From assembly GCA_050239825.1 (NCBI GenBank), contig JBFXGO010000024.1, positions 2,783-35,532 of the forward strand: DNA of 32,750 bases, read 5' to 3'. Of this stretch, positions 1 through 8,411 are shown one piece after another. The notes beneath the pieces are model-generated. The model was not told the origin of the DNA, searched no databases, and saw nothing but the letters and a program-made list of their open reading frames with translations. The stretch is from a bacterium. Lineage in GTDB: Bacteria > Hydrothermota > 32-111. The translations under genes were made by a program, and so were the position numbers. The stretch's first letter is position 1, and each line of letters opens with the position of its first letter.

Positions 1-1
1 T

Positions 2-613
2 CTCCTTGAAACTATAGTGGCTCTTGGAGGAAAAGATTATATGGTCCACTATTTCAATCCCGAGTATCTTGGCACCCTCTTGAAGCCTCTCGGTTACAAG
101 AATGTCTTCTTTCGAAGGCTCCGTGTCGCCTGACGGATGATTGTGCATTAAAATAATTCCCGAAGCTCTATCGGAGATGGCATCCGCAAAAACCTCCCTC
201 GGATGCACAAGGCTTCTGTTGAGTGTTCCTATAAAGACCGTTCTTTTGTGTATGAGACAGCCCGCACCGTTTAAGGTAATCACTATGAAATGCTCCTGAC
301 GGCGCTCTCTTATGTTTTCAACAAGCTTCACCGCATCAGACGGATTTGTGATTTTTTTCTGAATGCATTTTCTCTTTGTAAAAAGCTCGCATGCGGCTGA
401 AAGGCGCATAGCAGGTATATCTCCCAGCCCTTCAGTTGTGCGAAGAGATTCAAATGTCATCTTTGAAAAATCATCGGAAAATCTTGCCTCCAATTCATTC
501 GCGATAGATATCAGGTCTCTCTTCTTCCCGCATGAGCCCAATATGACTGCCAGCAGTTCCGAATCTGACAAACTTGCCACGCCCTCTCTTTTTAGCTTTT
601 CTTTACAGACCAT
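2..613 (-). CDS. radC: RadC/JAB-domain protein (3' end runs off the window)
   Basis: Manual translation from ATG at 613 (SD GGAGG upstream): MVCKEKLKREGVASLSDSELLAVILG...QEHFIVITLN...FIGTLNRSLVHPREVF...HNHPSGDTEPSKED...IVDHIIF. The RadC JAB motif is intact. Missing from the ORF track because the stop lies outside the window. Confidence 0.95.
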   Translation of the reverse strand, partial: MVCKEKLKREGVASLSDSELLAVILGSCGKKRDLISIANELEARFSDDFSKMTFESLRTTEGLGDIPAMRLSAACELFTKRKCIQKKITNPSDAVKLVENIRERRQEHFIVITLNGAGCLIHKRTVFIGTLNRSLVHPREVFADAISDRASGIILMHNHPSGDTEPSKEDILVTERLQEGAKILGIEIVDHIIFSSKSHYSFKE

Positions 614-632
614 ACCGCCTCCCTTGTTATTT

Positions 633-1436
633 TCAAACAGTCTTAAACTCGAAAATAACCTCTCTCTCTTCAATATTCCGTCTTTTTATAAAATCATTCA
701 GATATCTTCTTACGGAATTCTTCACTTCATTCTCTTCCCTGTAAATATCCGCTTTGACAAGCAACCCATCTTCTCTCTCTACTATCCTCGCATTTACCAG
801 TCCTCTTATTCTCAGATTTATCTCCCTTCCGAGCAGGTCCCTGTGCACCGCGTAGTGGGTCTTGTAATTTGTGTTGAACATAAGAATTCTCTCTTTATTG
901 AGAACGGGCAGTCCTTCAACAATAAATTTTCTGCTTCTTTTTGTATCTTCCGAAATAAAATAAATTATTCTTTCCTTTCCCCTGAATCTATACAGATTTT
1001 CGAATGCGGCATCTCTCTCAAGCTTCGTAACATCATTTACCGAATATCTCATCTTTCTATCTACAGAATACAGATTCTCTTCGCTTTCAGTGTCGAGAAA
1101 ATAAACCGGTGAATTGAATGCAGACCTATACTCGTCATGAAGGAAAAGGTCGTCTCCGTCGAAAGCTATAATTATATCGGTTCTGTGAATGAAAAAAACC
1201 TCAAGAGGACTGAGTTTTTTCAGATGCTCGTCTGAACCTGCAATTATATTGTAATGATTCTCCTTGAAAGCATCAATTATCTCTTTGTTCTGCTGTTTCA
1301 TTGAAATAAATGTCAAAAAACCATCTGAAAAATTGTTATCGCAATTGCAGAGAAGAGCTATCGATATTTTTTTGAGATTTTTCACAGAATGATTTGTGTC
1401 AAGAAATGCTCTCAGCTTTTTCGTCATCTTTTCCAT
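633..1436 (-). CDS. Hypothetical protein, possibly a degenerate phosphohexomutase (PGM/PMM)-like fragment
   Basis: 267-aa ORF in the same direction as its neighbours. DIIIAFDGDD resembles the PGM/PMM metal-binding loop (D.GIAFDGDADR). No SHNP catalytic loop. Confident it is a gene; the family call is weak. Confidence 0.6.
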   Translation of the reverse strand: MEKMTKKLRAFLDTNHSVKNLKKISIALLCNCDNNFSDGFLTFISMKQQNKEIIDAFKENHYNIIAGSDEHLKKLSPLEVFFIHRTDIIIAFDGDDLFLHDEYRSAFNSPVYFLDTESEENLYSVDRKMRYSVNDVTKLERDAAFENLYRFRGKERIIYFISEDTKRSRKFIVEGLPVLNKERILMFNTNYKTHYAVHRDLLGREINLRIRGLVNARIVEREDGLLVKADIYREENEVKNSVRRYLNDFIKRRNIEEREVIFEFKTV

Positions 1437-1483
1437 ATTAGCTTTCTGTTTCTCTTTGTGTTTTATTTAGAATTTTTCTCATC

Positions 1484-2770
1484 TTATTTTTTTGCGGCAG
1501 TTAAAACAGTTTTTTTTGCCTCAAATCCCGCATCTTCAGCATACTTGAATATGAATTCCTTCTTGGAGGATAGCGCCGGAAAATTCAAAATGGATTTTGC
1601 CGCGAGTATGAAAGACCTTACAATGTCCACATAAAGCAGATATTCCTCCTTCATATCCGATTTTATGAATGAGGATGTTTCAAACTTCATCTTTAAGGGA
1701 TTGATATATTTACCGTTTATGCTGACCGCATAGTGAAGGTGATTCCCGGTAGCGTAGCCCGTCCTTCCGACCGTGCCGATTATCTCTCCCTGACTGACGA
1801 ATTTTCCCTCCTTGACCGAAGGAGCATATTTGTTCAGATGACAGTATTCTGTTATATAGCCGTTTTCATGCTTGATTTTTATAGTTCTTCCGCCGACCGC
1901 ATTATAACCTTTTTGTATCACTATTCCATCCCCTGCGGCAAAGACGCTGGTGCCCTTGGGTGCCGAATAATCTATTGCCTCATGAGGCAGATACTTTTTC
2001 AATATCGGATGAAACCTCTTTGTTGTGAACTTCGAAGAGATTCTCGTATAGAAGGCAAGAGGAGCCTTCATAATGGTTCCCGAGAGGGAGTTTCCCTTCT
2101 CGTCAAAGTACCCTCCGGCGGAATCATTCCCATAGTAAAATGCTTCAAACATATTCTCTTTGTTTTCAAAAGATGCATACAGTATCTTTCCGTATCCGTA
2201 GAATTTTTCATCCATGAAAATCTTCTCTATAAGGATAGTGAATTTGTCATTGTTCTGTATATCCGAGTAGGCGTCAAACTGCCATTCAAATACCTTTGCG
2301 AACCGGGAAGCCAGATCATCCTTCTCTCCCCGCATCTTAAAAGTGTAATAAAGGTTTGAAGTTACACTTCCTTCTATGAGAGCAACCGACACGCTCTTCT
2401 TCACATCCTTTTTCTGGGATTTGAATTTATCGTCAAATTCTATTGTGTAAATGTCCGCCAGACTCTTCCTGTATTCCAGTTTTTTAAAATTAAAATTTTT
2501 GTCAGTAAAAATGAATATCTCTTCTCCGGGCTTTATCGTTTTAGGGTCAACATTGTTTTCAAATACTTTTACGACTGAATCTATTATCGCTCTCTCTATG
2601 TGCGATTTTCTGAGAATGTCTATTACCGTATCCCCTTGTTTCAGCACATATCTCACTCCCACAAGGTCATTATTCTCTTTATTTGCAGGAGTATCTCCCT
2701 TCACTCTCCATGTGAATAGAGGGAACAGAAAAACTGCAGTAATGAAAAGTATTATAACTCTCTTTTTCAA
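1484..2770 (-). CDS. M23 family peptidoglycan DD-endopeptidase (MepM/Csd-like) with N-terminal anchor and LysM/OapA-like region
   Basis: M23 motifs HEAIDY (HxxxD) and HLHY (HxH), plus RFHPILK and YCHLNK. Hydrophobic N-terminus. TTG start overlaps the upstream permease stop. Confidence 0.9.
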   Translation of the reverse strand: MKKRVIILFITAVFLFPLFTWRVKGDTPANKENNDLVGVRYVLKQGDTVIDILRKSHIERAIIDSVVKVFENNVDPKTIKPGEEIFIFTDKNFNFKKLEYRKSLADIYTIEFDDKFKSQKKDVKKSVSVALIEGSVTSNLYYTFKMRGEKDDLASRFAKVFEWQFDAYSDIQNNDKFTILIEKIFMDEKFYGYGKILYASFENKENMFEAFYYGNDSAGGYFDEKGNSLSGTIMKAPLAFYTRISSKFTTKRFHPILKKYLPHEAIDYSAPKGTSVFAAGDGIVIQKGYNAVGGRTIKIKHENGYITEYCHLNKYAPSVKEGKFVSQGEIIGTVGRTGYATGNHLHYAVSINGKYINPLKMKFETSSFIKSDMKEEYLLYVDIVRSFILAAKSILNFPALSSKKEFIFKYAEDAGFEAKKTVLTAAKK

Positions 2771-3597
2771 TCTTTAAGTCCGCTCCTTGAGTAGCTCTCA
2801 ACAATCTGCTTCTGTGCAATGAAGAAAAGTATTATTAAAGGAAGAATAACAAATGTGGAAGCCGCCATCAAAAGAGTATAGCTTGTCGACTGCTCCTGAA
2901 CAAAGTATGCAAGTCCCACCTGAACCGGTCGAATAGAGTCCGAGTTGGTAACTACCAGAGGCCATATAAATGAATTCCATGATGAAAGAGCCGTGAATAT
3001 CGAAATTGTCACAAGAGCCGGTTTCGAAAGAGGCACCACTATTTTGAAGAGAAATCCGAGGTCCGAATAGCCGTCTATCACAGCCGCATCGTAAAGGTCA
3101 TTAGGTATTGTCTTGAAGTGTTGTCTCAAAAGAAAAATCGCAAAAACATTGGACAGCCAAGGCACAATCTGCGCATAGTATGTGTCAATCCATCCGAACT
3201 GCTGTAGCATCATGTAGCCGGGAACAATATAAACAGGCATGGGAATCATCATTATCCCAAGAAGAGCTGTAAACACAAATTCCCTTCCCCTGAAATTAAA
3301 TCTGGCAAATGCATAAGCGGCGAGTATCGATGTCAACAAGACTCCGGCAAGCTCGCACACAGTTATTATTATGGTATTTATAAAATAGCGTGTAAAATTA
3401 ACCTGATTCCATGCCTCCGAGTAATTTGAAAACTGCGGATTTTTCGGAATGAATGTCGGTGGAAACTCCACAGATTCTATTGGCGTTTTCAATGATGTGG
3501 AGAGCATCCAGAAAAACGGAAAGAGTATGGTCAATGCGCCGATGACAAGCATAATATAAGTCATAATTATCGGAAGACGCCTCTTTACTTTATTCAT
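2767..3597 (-). CDS. Carbohydrate ABC transporter permease (MalG/UgpE-like)
   Basis: PFFWMLSTSLK, AAYAFAR, EAA-like loop LYDAAVIDG, WNSFIWPLVV. Start set at ATG 3597 behind SD GAGGGGG. Confidence 0.93.
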   Translation of the reverse strand: MNKVKRRLPIIMTYIMLVIGALTILFPFFWMLSTSLKTPIESVEFPPTFIPKNPQFSNYSEAWNQVNFTRYFINTIIITVCELAGVLLTSILAAYAFARFNFRGREFVFTALLGIMMIPMPVYIVPGYMMLQQFGWIDTYYAQIVPWLSNVFAIFLLRQHFKTIPNDLYDAAVIDGYSDLGFLFKIVVPLSKPALVTISIFTALSSWNSFIWPLVVTNSDSIRPVQVGLAYFVQEQSTSYTLLMAASTFVILPLIILFFIAQKQIVESYSRSGLKD

Positions 3598-4528
3598 AGT
3601 GGACCCCCCTCTCACCGTATTTTTTCTGAACGGCAGTAAGAGCGAGTATTATAAGAAAGAGAACAAAAGCTATGGCGGTGCCATATCCGTATTTTGAATA
3701 ATTGAATGCCATGTCGTAGAGATAGTAGACGATCACATTGGTAGTGCCCAAAGGCCCGCCTGCAGGGGGGCCGGTCATCATCCACACGGGAGCAAACACC
3801 TGAAAGCTTGTGATTGTCGTCATTATAAAAATATAGAATGTCGTGGGAGATAGAAGAGGCCATGTAATATGCCTGAATGTCTGCCAATTTGAAGCTCCAT
3901 CTATTTTTGCAGATTCATAGTAATGGTTGGGTATATTCTGCAAGCCGGCAAGGTAAATAAGAACATTATAGCCGAGCGATTTCCATATAGTCATCAAAGA
4001 CAAACTGAAAAGAGCAAGAGACGGACCTTTAAGCAGAAGAGGAAGATTCTGCCCGAACATCATTTCGAAAATGCCCCTTGATTCTTCAAGCCATCTGAAC
4101 GGACCGGCTCCTATAAGAGACAAAACATAATTTGCTATTCCTATGCGAGGATGGTATATCCACTTCCATACGACTGAAATGGCTATTATTGAAGTGACAT
4201 CGGGAAGAAAATAGATTGTTCTGAATGTTCCTCTCATTTTTATCTGTTGATTGAGCAGTATTGCTATGAAGAGAGAAAGAAAGACAACTCCCGGCATAAC
4301 TGTTGCCACATACCAGAATGTATTGAGAAGTGACTGCCAGAACTTTGCATCCCTAAATACCTCTATGTAATTTGAAATGCCCACAAACGCTTTGGGGCCG
4401 GCTATGCCCCATTCGTAAAAACTTATTCTGAATGCATAAAGGATGGGTATGAACCTGAATATAAAAAGTATTGCCAGAGCAGGCAATAAAAACAGCATCG
4501 CCTTAAAAAAGATCTGCTTTGCTTTCAT
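3590..4528 (-). CDS. Carbohydrate ABC transporter permease (MalF/UgpA-like)
   Basis: FVGISNY, FRTIYFLP, YLAGLQNIP..YYESAKIDGA (EAA loop), FRHITWPLL. Confidence 0.93.
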   Translation of the reverse strand: MKAKQIFFKAMLFLLPALAILFIFRFIPILYAFRISFYEWGIAGPKAFVGISNYIEVFRDAKFWQSLLNTFWYVATVMPGVVFLSLFIAILLNQQIKMRGTFRTIYFLPDVTSIIAISVVWKWIYHPRIGIANYVLSLIGAGPFRWLEESRGIFEMMFGQNLPLLLKGPSLALFSLSLMTIWKSLGYNVLIYLAGLQNIPNHYYESAKIDGASNWQTFRHITWPLLSPTTFYIFIMTTITSFQVFAPVWMMTGPPAGGPLGTTNVIVYYLYDMAFNYSKYGYGTAIAFVLFLIILALTAVQKKYGERGVHYE

Positions 4529-4562
4529 ACTGTAATTTTATATTATTGGAAAATAAAGTCAA
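4529..4562 (-). promoter_or_regulatory. Putative sigma70 promoter for a leaderless ABC permease mRNA
   Basis: Minus strand TTGACT(4562-4557)-16 nt-TAAAAT(4540-4535)-6 nt-ATG(4528). No SD. Confidence 0.55.
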
Positions 4563-5098
4563 TAATTAAATAAATAATATGCAAGATTTACAGCGAGAGC
4601 AAGAACCGCCGATGACAAGACATAATAGCTGAAACCATATGAATAAAATCTCTTTGAGGGAAAGAATATGTATGTTTTCCCCTCGGAGAGATCTCTGAGC
4701 AGATGCGACAAAAGCGAAATTAATACTATGAAGGAGAGATGACTGTTTTTTGCGGCAATGAAAACAACAGCTGTGGCAAAAAGCGCAAAAATGAGGGAGT
4801 GGGTCCACGGCCTTCTTCCGAGGGAAAGAAGATTGCTGATTTTTAAAGATCTCGCTTCTATTATATGGTCAAGGTCAATGAGGATGGAAAGAGCACAGCC
4901 AAAAAGAAATTCTTCCTTGAATCTCAGAAGCGGCATAGCCACTATCATGAAGTAACAGAGATGCATGAATGAATCATATAAAACATAGATTATGGGGGTT
5001 GTGAAGAATTTCTTTTCCAGATTTTTTTTCTCAAGAAAAATAAAAACAAAGAGAGATAAAAATTGCAGTAATACAGTAAGGCTATTTGAATAAAGCAT
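4559..5098 (-). CDS. Membrane-bound metal-dependent hydrolase (YdjM/TMEM267-like)
   Basis: Hydrophobic protein with DLDH, RPWTHSL and SHLLRD motifs typical of this family. Confidence 0.8.
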   Translation of the reverse strand: MLYSNSLTVLLQFLSLFVFIFLEKKNLEKKFFTTPIIYVLYDSFMHLCYFMIVAMPLLRFKEEFLFGCALSILIDLDHIIEARSLKISNLLSLGRRPWTHSLIFALFATAVVFIAAKNSHLSFIVLISLLSHLLRDLSEGKTYIFFPSKRFYSYGFSYYVLSSAVLALAVNLAYYLFNY

Positions 5099-5723
5099 AG
5101 TAGATTATGTTCACCCCCATCTTCAAAGCATCCAATCTCCTGCTGTCAGGATCCTTGTATGTTTCATAGGTAGCCCAGCCGTCTGAAAAATTTGTATTAT
5201 ATGTGTATAAAATTCCTATTTTTTTGTTTATAAACAATCCGTAAGCCTCCGGCGCCCCCTCATAGTGTTCATGAATTTTAGGGATTTTCTTGAATTCATA
5301 GACTGATGAGAATATCTTTTCATGCGCGGGGAGCCTCACCAGTTCCCTCTCGGGGAAAATGTCCCTTATGAAACTGCGCACGCTGCCGTTAAATCCGTAA
5401 TCATCATCAATGTATATGAATCCTCCGTTATAGATATACTCCCTTACATTTTCAATATCTCTGGAAGTGTATTTTATCTTATCGTGGCCTGTTATAAATA
5501 AAAACGGATAATCATGTATTCTTTTGTCGGAGAGTTTGAGCACAATTTCGCTCGTGTCCATTTTAAGATCCGTCTCTGAGTTGATAAACTTTGCAAGAAG
5601 TTTCAAACAGTCTCTGTCATTGTACCAATCTCCCCCCTCATACTGAATTCTGACCGGAGTGAAATCAAAAGCATTTAATGTCTGAAAAACTATAAGCAAA
5701 AAAATCAGTCTGCAAAGAGCCAA
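5082..5723 (-). CDS. DUF4159 domain-containing protein
   Basis: YEGGDWYND, YPFLFITGH, GGFIYIDDDYG, SDGW, ALKMGVNII; signal-peptide-like N-terminus. Confidence 0.88.
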   Translation of the reverse strand: MALCRLIFLLIVFQTLNAFDFTPVRIQYEGGDWYNDRDCLKLLAKFINSETDLKMDTSEIVLKLSDKRIHDYPFLFITGHDKIKYTSRDIENVREYIYNGGFIYIDDDYGFNGSVRSFIRDIFPERELVRLPAHEKIFSSVYEFKKIPKIHEHYEGAPEAYGLFINKKIGILYTYNTNFSDGWATYETYKDPDSRRLDALKMGVNIIYYALFK

Positions 5724-6874
5724 GTCAAACCTCCTTTTACCAGATATTCCTTGGAATTTAAGAAGAGACGACCGCCGAAGAATATATCTGCATCGATGAG
5801 CTTAAGATTGAGGAAGATGTCTAGCACTTCATCTGATTTGTACTCTGCAATTATTGATGGAGTGAGATTTCCGCCCAACAAAGAGACGGAGGCTTTGGCA
5901 AGACAGCCGAATGTCAGAGAATCAAAATACTCCGCATTTACATTTAACATAAGGTATTTGTATTCAGCCAGCAGAGAAGCTTTCGACCCGAATATCTCAC
6001 CGTTATAACTTAGGGGAAGTATGTCAGTCTTTAAACTGCCTGTATTGAGTTTGACTCCGGCCTCTGTGAAATCAAGACTCTCTCTGCGGGAATAATTGGA
6101 ATAGACTGAAAGTGAGGGAAGCAGTCGATAGAGAACGCCCATCTGGGCTACAAGAACTGAATCATAAAAAATCTGCGGCGTCACATGAAGCCTTTCATAA
6201 GAATAGTGGTATTTCGAAAAGAGTATGGCATCAATACTGTTTGTTTTATAATTATATCCGCATTCCGAAAAGAAATAAAATCCCCTGTTCGCAAAGGATG
6301 CTCTTCCGAGAATTCTGTCCGGGTTTCCATATCCGATATGAAGCGACCAATCATCTTTTCCGTAACCGGCGAGCACTTTAAATTTGCTCTGCAGAACATT
6401 CGCTGTCAAAATGAATTTTTTGTAATCCAGATAAAAATCAGTTTCATGTTCAATAAGAGTCGAACCCTCAAGGTAGAGCCTTGAAAGCGAACTGACGCTT
6501 GAAATGGAATCTTCCTTGCCAAGAGAAGAGTAAAGCCGAGTTGATGAAGGGTCTCTGATAATCGACAGGTCATACGATGTTTTATGTGGAATTTCAAATT
6601 TCGCGAAGCCTGTTTCAATCACAGGGTCAAAGCGGATAAGAGGAGCCATGAAAGAATAATGCGACCCGGTGAAGCACCTGTTTTCAGATGCAAAAATTTT
6701 GTCCGACTGAAGGCTGTTTTCCGAAAATATCGGATTCTCCGCAATGTATAAATGCATAAAAAACGGGTATGTTTCATAGCTGGAGGCATTGTCAGGCATC
6801 TTCTCGTCGAATTCCAATCCTATTATTAAAACGGGAAACAGGATAAGAATGATTATCGTCTTATTCTTTATCAT
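5705..6874 (-). CDS. Hypothetical exported protein, probable outer-membrane beta-barrel
   Basis: Signal-like N-terminus from ATG 6874 (ATGA overlap with the maf stop). Alternating aromatic/Gly strand pattern; ends VKGGLTWLFAD. Confidence 0.6.
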   Translation of the reverse strand: MIKNKTIIILILFPVLIIGLEFDEKMPDNASSYETYPFFMHLYIAENPIFSENSLQSDKIFASENRCFTGSHYSFMAPLIRFDPVIETGFAKFEIPHKTSYDLSIIRDPSSTRLYSSLGKEDSISSVSSLSRLYLEGSTLIEHETDFYLDYKKFILTANVLQSKFKVLAGYGKDDWSLHIGYGNPDRILGRASFANRGFYFFSECGYNYKTNSIDAILFSKYHYSYERLHVTPQIFYDSVLVAQMGVLYRLLPSLSVYSNYSRRESLDFTEAGVKLNTGSLKTDILPLSYNGEIFGSKASLLAEYKYLMLNVNAEYFDSLTFGCLAKASVSLLGGNLTPSIIAEYKSDEVLDIFLNLKLIDADIFFGGRLFLNSKEYLVKGGLTWLFAD

Positions 6875-7488
6875 CCTCTTTTTCTTTTTTTGTTTCTCCA
6901 CACGGTTTTGTAAAGGGCATTTCCTGTAGCCTCTTCAAACAGCAAAGAAAATAAAAGCACAGGGAAACCGACAACATTGAAGAAGTCTCCCGAAATTCTT
7001 TCTATAAAAAGAGATGCCTCCTCCTGAACCGCATACGCGCCTGCTTTGTCCATGTAATCTGCGCTTTCAAGGTATGCGTCTATTTCGGCCGGACAGATTT
7101 CCCTGAAATACACATCTGTCTTTTGAACTCCGGTCACAACTCTTCCGTTGCATATTAAAGTGAGTCCGGTATAGACGGAATGTTTCTTTCCGGATAAAAG
7201 TGTTATCATCTCTTTGGCTGACTTTTTCGAGGAGGGTTTGCCTATTATTTTTCCTTCAACAAAGACAATCGTGTCAGCTCCTATTACAAGTTCATCTCTA
7301 TTCGCAACAGCGCTCTGAGCCTTATACTTTGAGCACACCTTGACAAAAGAAATTGGATTCTTCACTTCAAAATGCTTCTCAGAGTGTTTATGTTTTCTTA
7401 TCTCAAAGTCAATCCCCATTTCACGAAGCATCTCTATACGCCTCGGAGACTCTGAGGCAAGTATTATTTTTATATTATTTTTTTTCAA
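6871..7488 (-). CDS. maf: Maf family nucleoside triphosphate pyrophosphatase
   Basis: [48 protein letters not shown]. Confidence 0.95.
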   Translation of the reverse strand: MKKNNIKIILASESPRRIEMLREMGIDFEIRKHKHSEKHFEVKNPISFVKVCSKYKAQSAVANRDELVIGADTIVFVEGKIIGKPSSKKSAKEMITLLSGKKHSVYTGLTLICNGRVVTGVQKTDVYFREICPAEIDAYLESADYMDKAGAYAVQEEASLFIERISGDFFNVVGFPVLLFSLLFEEATGNALYKTVWRNKKRKRG

Positions 7489-7963
7489 TTTTTCTTAACA
7501 CCCTGCACGGATTTCCTGCCGCTATGACATTGTCGGGGATGTCTCTGGTGACAACTGAACCGGCGCCTATTATGCTGTTCTCTCCCACGGTGACATTTGA
7601 AAGCACAACAGAGTTGGTACCCACAGAAGCGCCTCTCTTTATGAGAGTCGGCTCTACGCTCCAATCAGCCTCTGTCTGTAGCCCCCCGCTCTCTGTAGTC
7701 GCTCTTGGGTATTTGTCATTGATAAACATAACTCCATGCCCTATGAAGACATTGTCTTCTATTTTCACGCCCTCGCAAATGAATGAATGCGAGGATATTT
7801 TGCAGTTTTTTCCTATCTCGGCATTCTTCTGAATTTCCACGAATGCGCCGACCTTCGTATTGTCGCCTATTGTACATCCGTAGAGATTTGTAAATTGAAA
7901 AACCCTGACATCCTTTCCAAGCTTGACGCTTTCGGCTATACACCTGAAATCATTTTCCGTCAT
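7475..7963 (-). CDS. Hexapeptide-repeat N-acetyltransferase (WbpD/WlbB/WxcM-like)
   Basis: Left-handed beta-helix repeats, [35 protein letters not shown] at 7963 behind SD AAGGAG. Confidence 0.88.
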   Translation of the reverse strand: MTENDFRCIAESVKLGKDVRVFQFTNLYGCTIGDNTKVGAFVEIQKNAEIGKNCKISSHSFICEGVKIEDNVFIGHGVMFINDKYPRATTESGGLQTEADWSVEPTLIKRGASVGTNSVVLSNVTVGENSIIGAGSVVTRDIPDNVIAAGNPCRVLRKIEKK

Positions 7964-7987
7964 CAATGCTCCTTGTTGGTTTTAAGT

Positions 7988-8017
7988 AAAAAAAAAGGGG
8001 GAAGCAAGCTTCCCCCT
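7988..8017 (-). terminator. Rho-independent terminator after the HU gene
   Basis: Minus strand GGGGGAAGC-TT-GCTTCCCCC followed by a run of 9 T. Confidence 0.9.
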
Positions 8018-8035
8018 AACCGTCAAGAAGGTCTC

Positions 8036-8308
8036 TTACTTTACTGCGTTCTTCAGTTTGGCGCCGGCTTTGAAATGAGGAACCTTTTTCGCTTTGATGT
8101 TGATGACTTTCTTTGTCTGCGGATTGATTCCCTTGCGTGCCTTTCTGTTCTTAACTGAGAACGTGCCGAAGCCGACAAGTGTGACCGGTTTGTTCTTCTT
8201 CAGTGAGCCTTCGATGCCCTTGAAGATTGTGTCGATTGCATCGTTTGCCTGCTTCTTCGAAATGCCGACATTCTTTGCGACAACTTCGATCATGTCCTTC
8301 TTGTTCAT
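8036..8308 (-). CDS. hup: DNA-binding protein HU
   Basis: MNKKDMIE...VTLVGFGTFSV..RKARKGINPQT...VPHFKAG. True start ATG 8308 behind SD GGAGG, giving 90 aa. Confidence 0.96.
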   Translation of the reverse strand: MNKKDMIEVVAKNVGISKKQANDAIDTIFKGIEGSLKKNKPVTLVGFGTFSVKNRKARKGINPQTKKVINIKAKKVPHFKAGAKLKNAVK

Positions 8309-8348
8309 TCTTGAACCTCCTTGGTTAGAGTGTCTTTCATTTAGCTCT

Positions 8349-8377
8349 ATATTAAGGGATATCAGCGGTTTTGTCAA
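8349..8377 (-). promoter_or_regulatory. Putative sigma70 promoter of hup
   Basis: Minus strand TTGACA(8377-8372)-17 nt-TAATAT(8354-8349). Confidence 0.65.
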
Positions 8378-8411
8378 GGGGGTATTTGATTTTATTCGCT
8401 CTGTCAGTGGC

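Noticed and set aside
2..613. radC as a marker of a mobile element or anti-defence island
   Set aside because: It is the full-length chromosomal type with an N-terminal domain, in housekeeping context.
363..1112. 249-aa plus-strand ORF
   Set aside because: Antisense shadow of radC and the 633-1436 gene; no recognisable motifs.
8309..8377. N-terminal extension of HU in the ORF track
   Set aside because: The TTG is part of the -35 box; SD and family length support the start at 8308.
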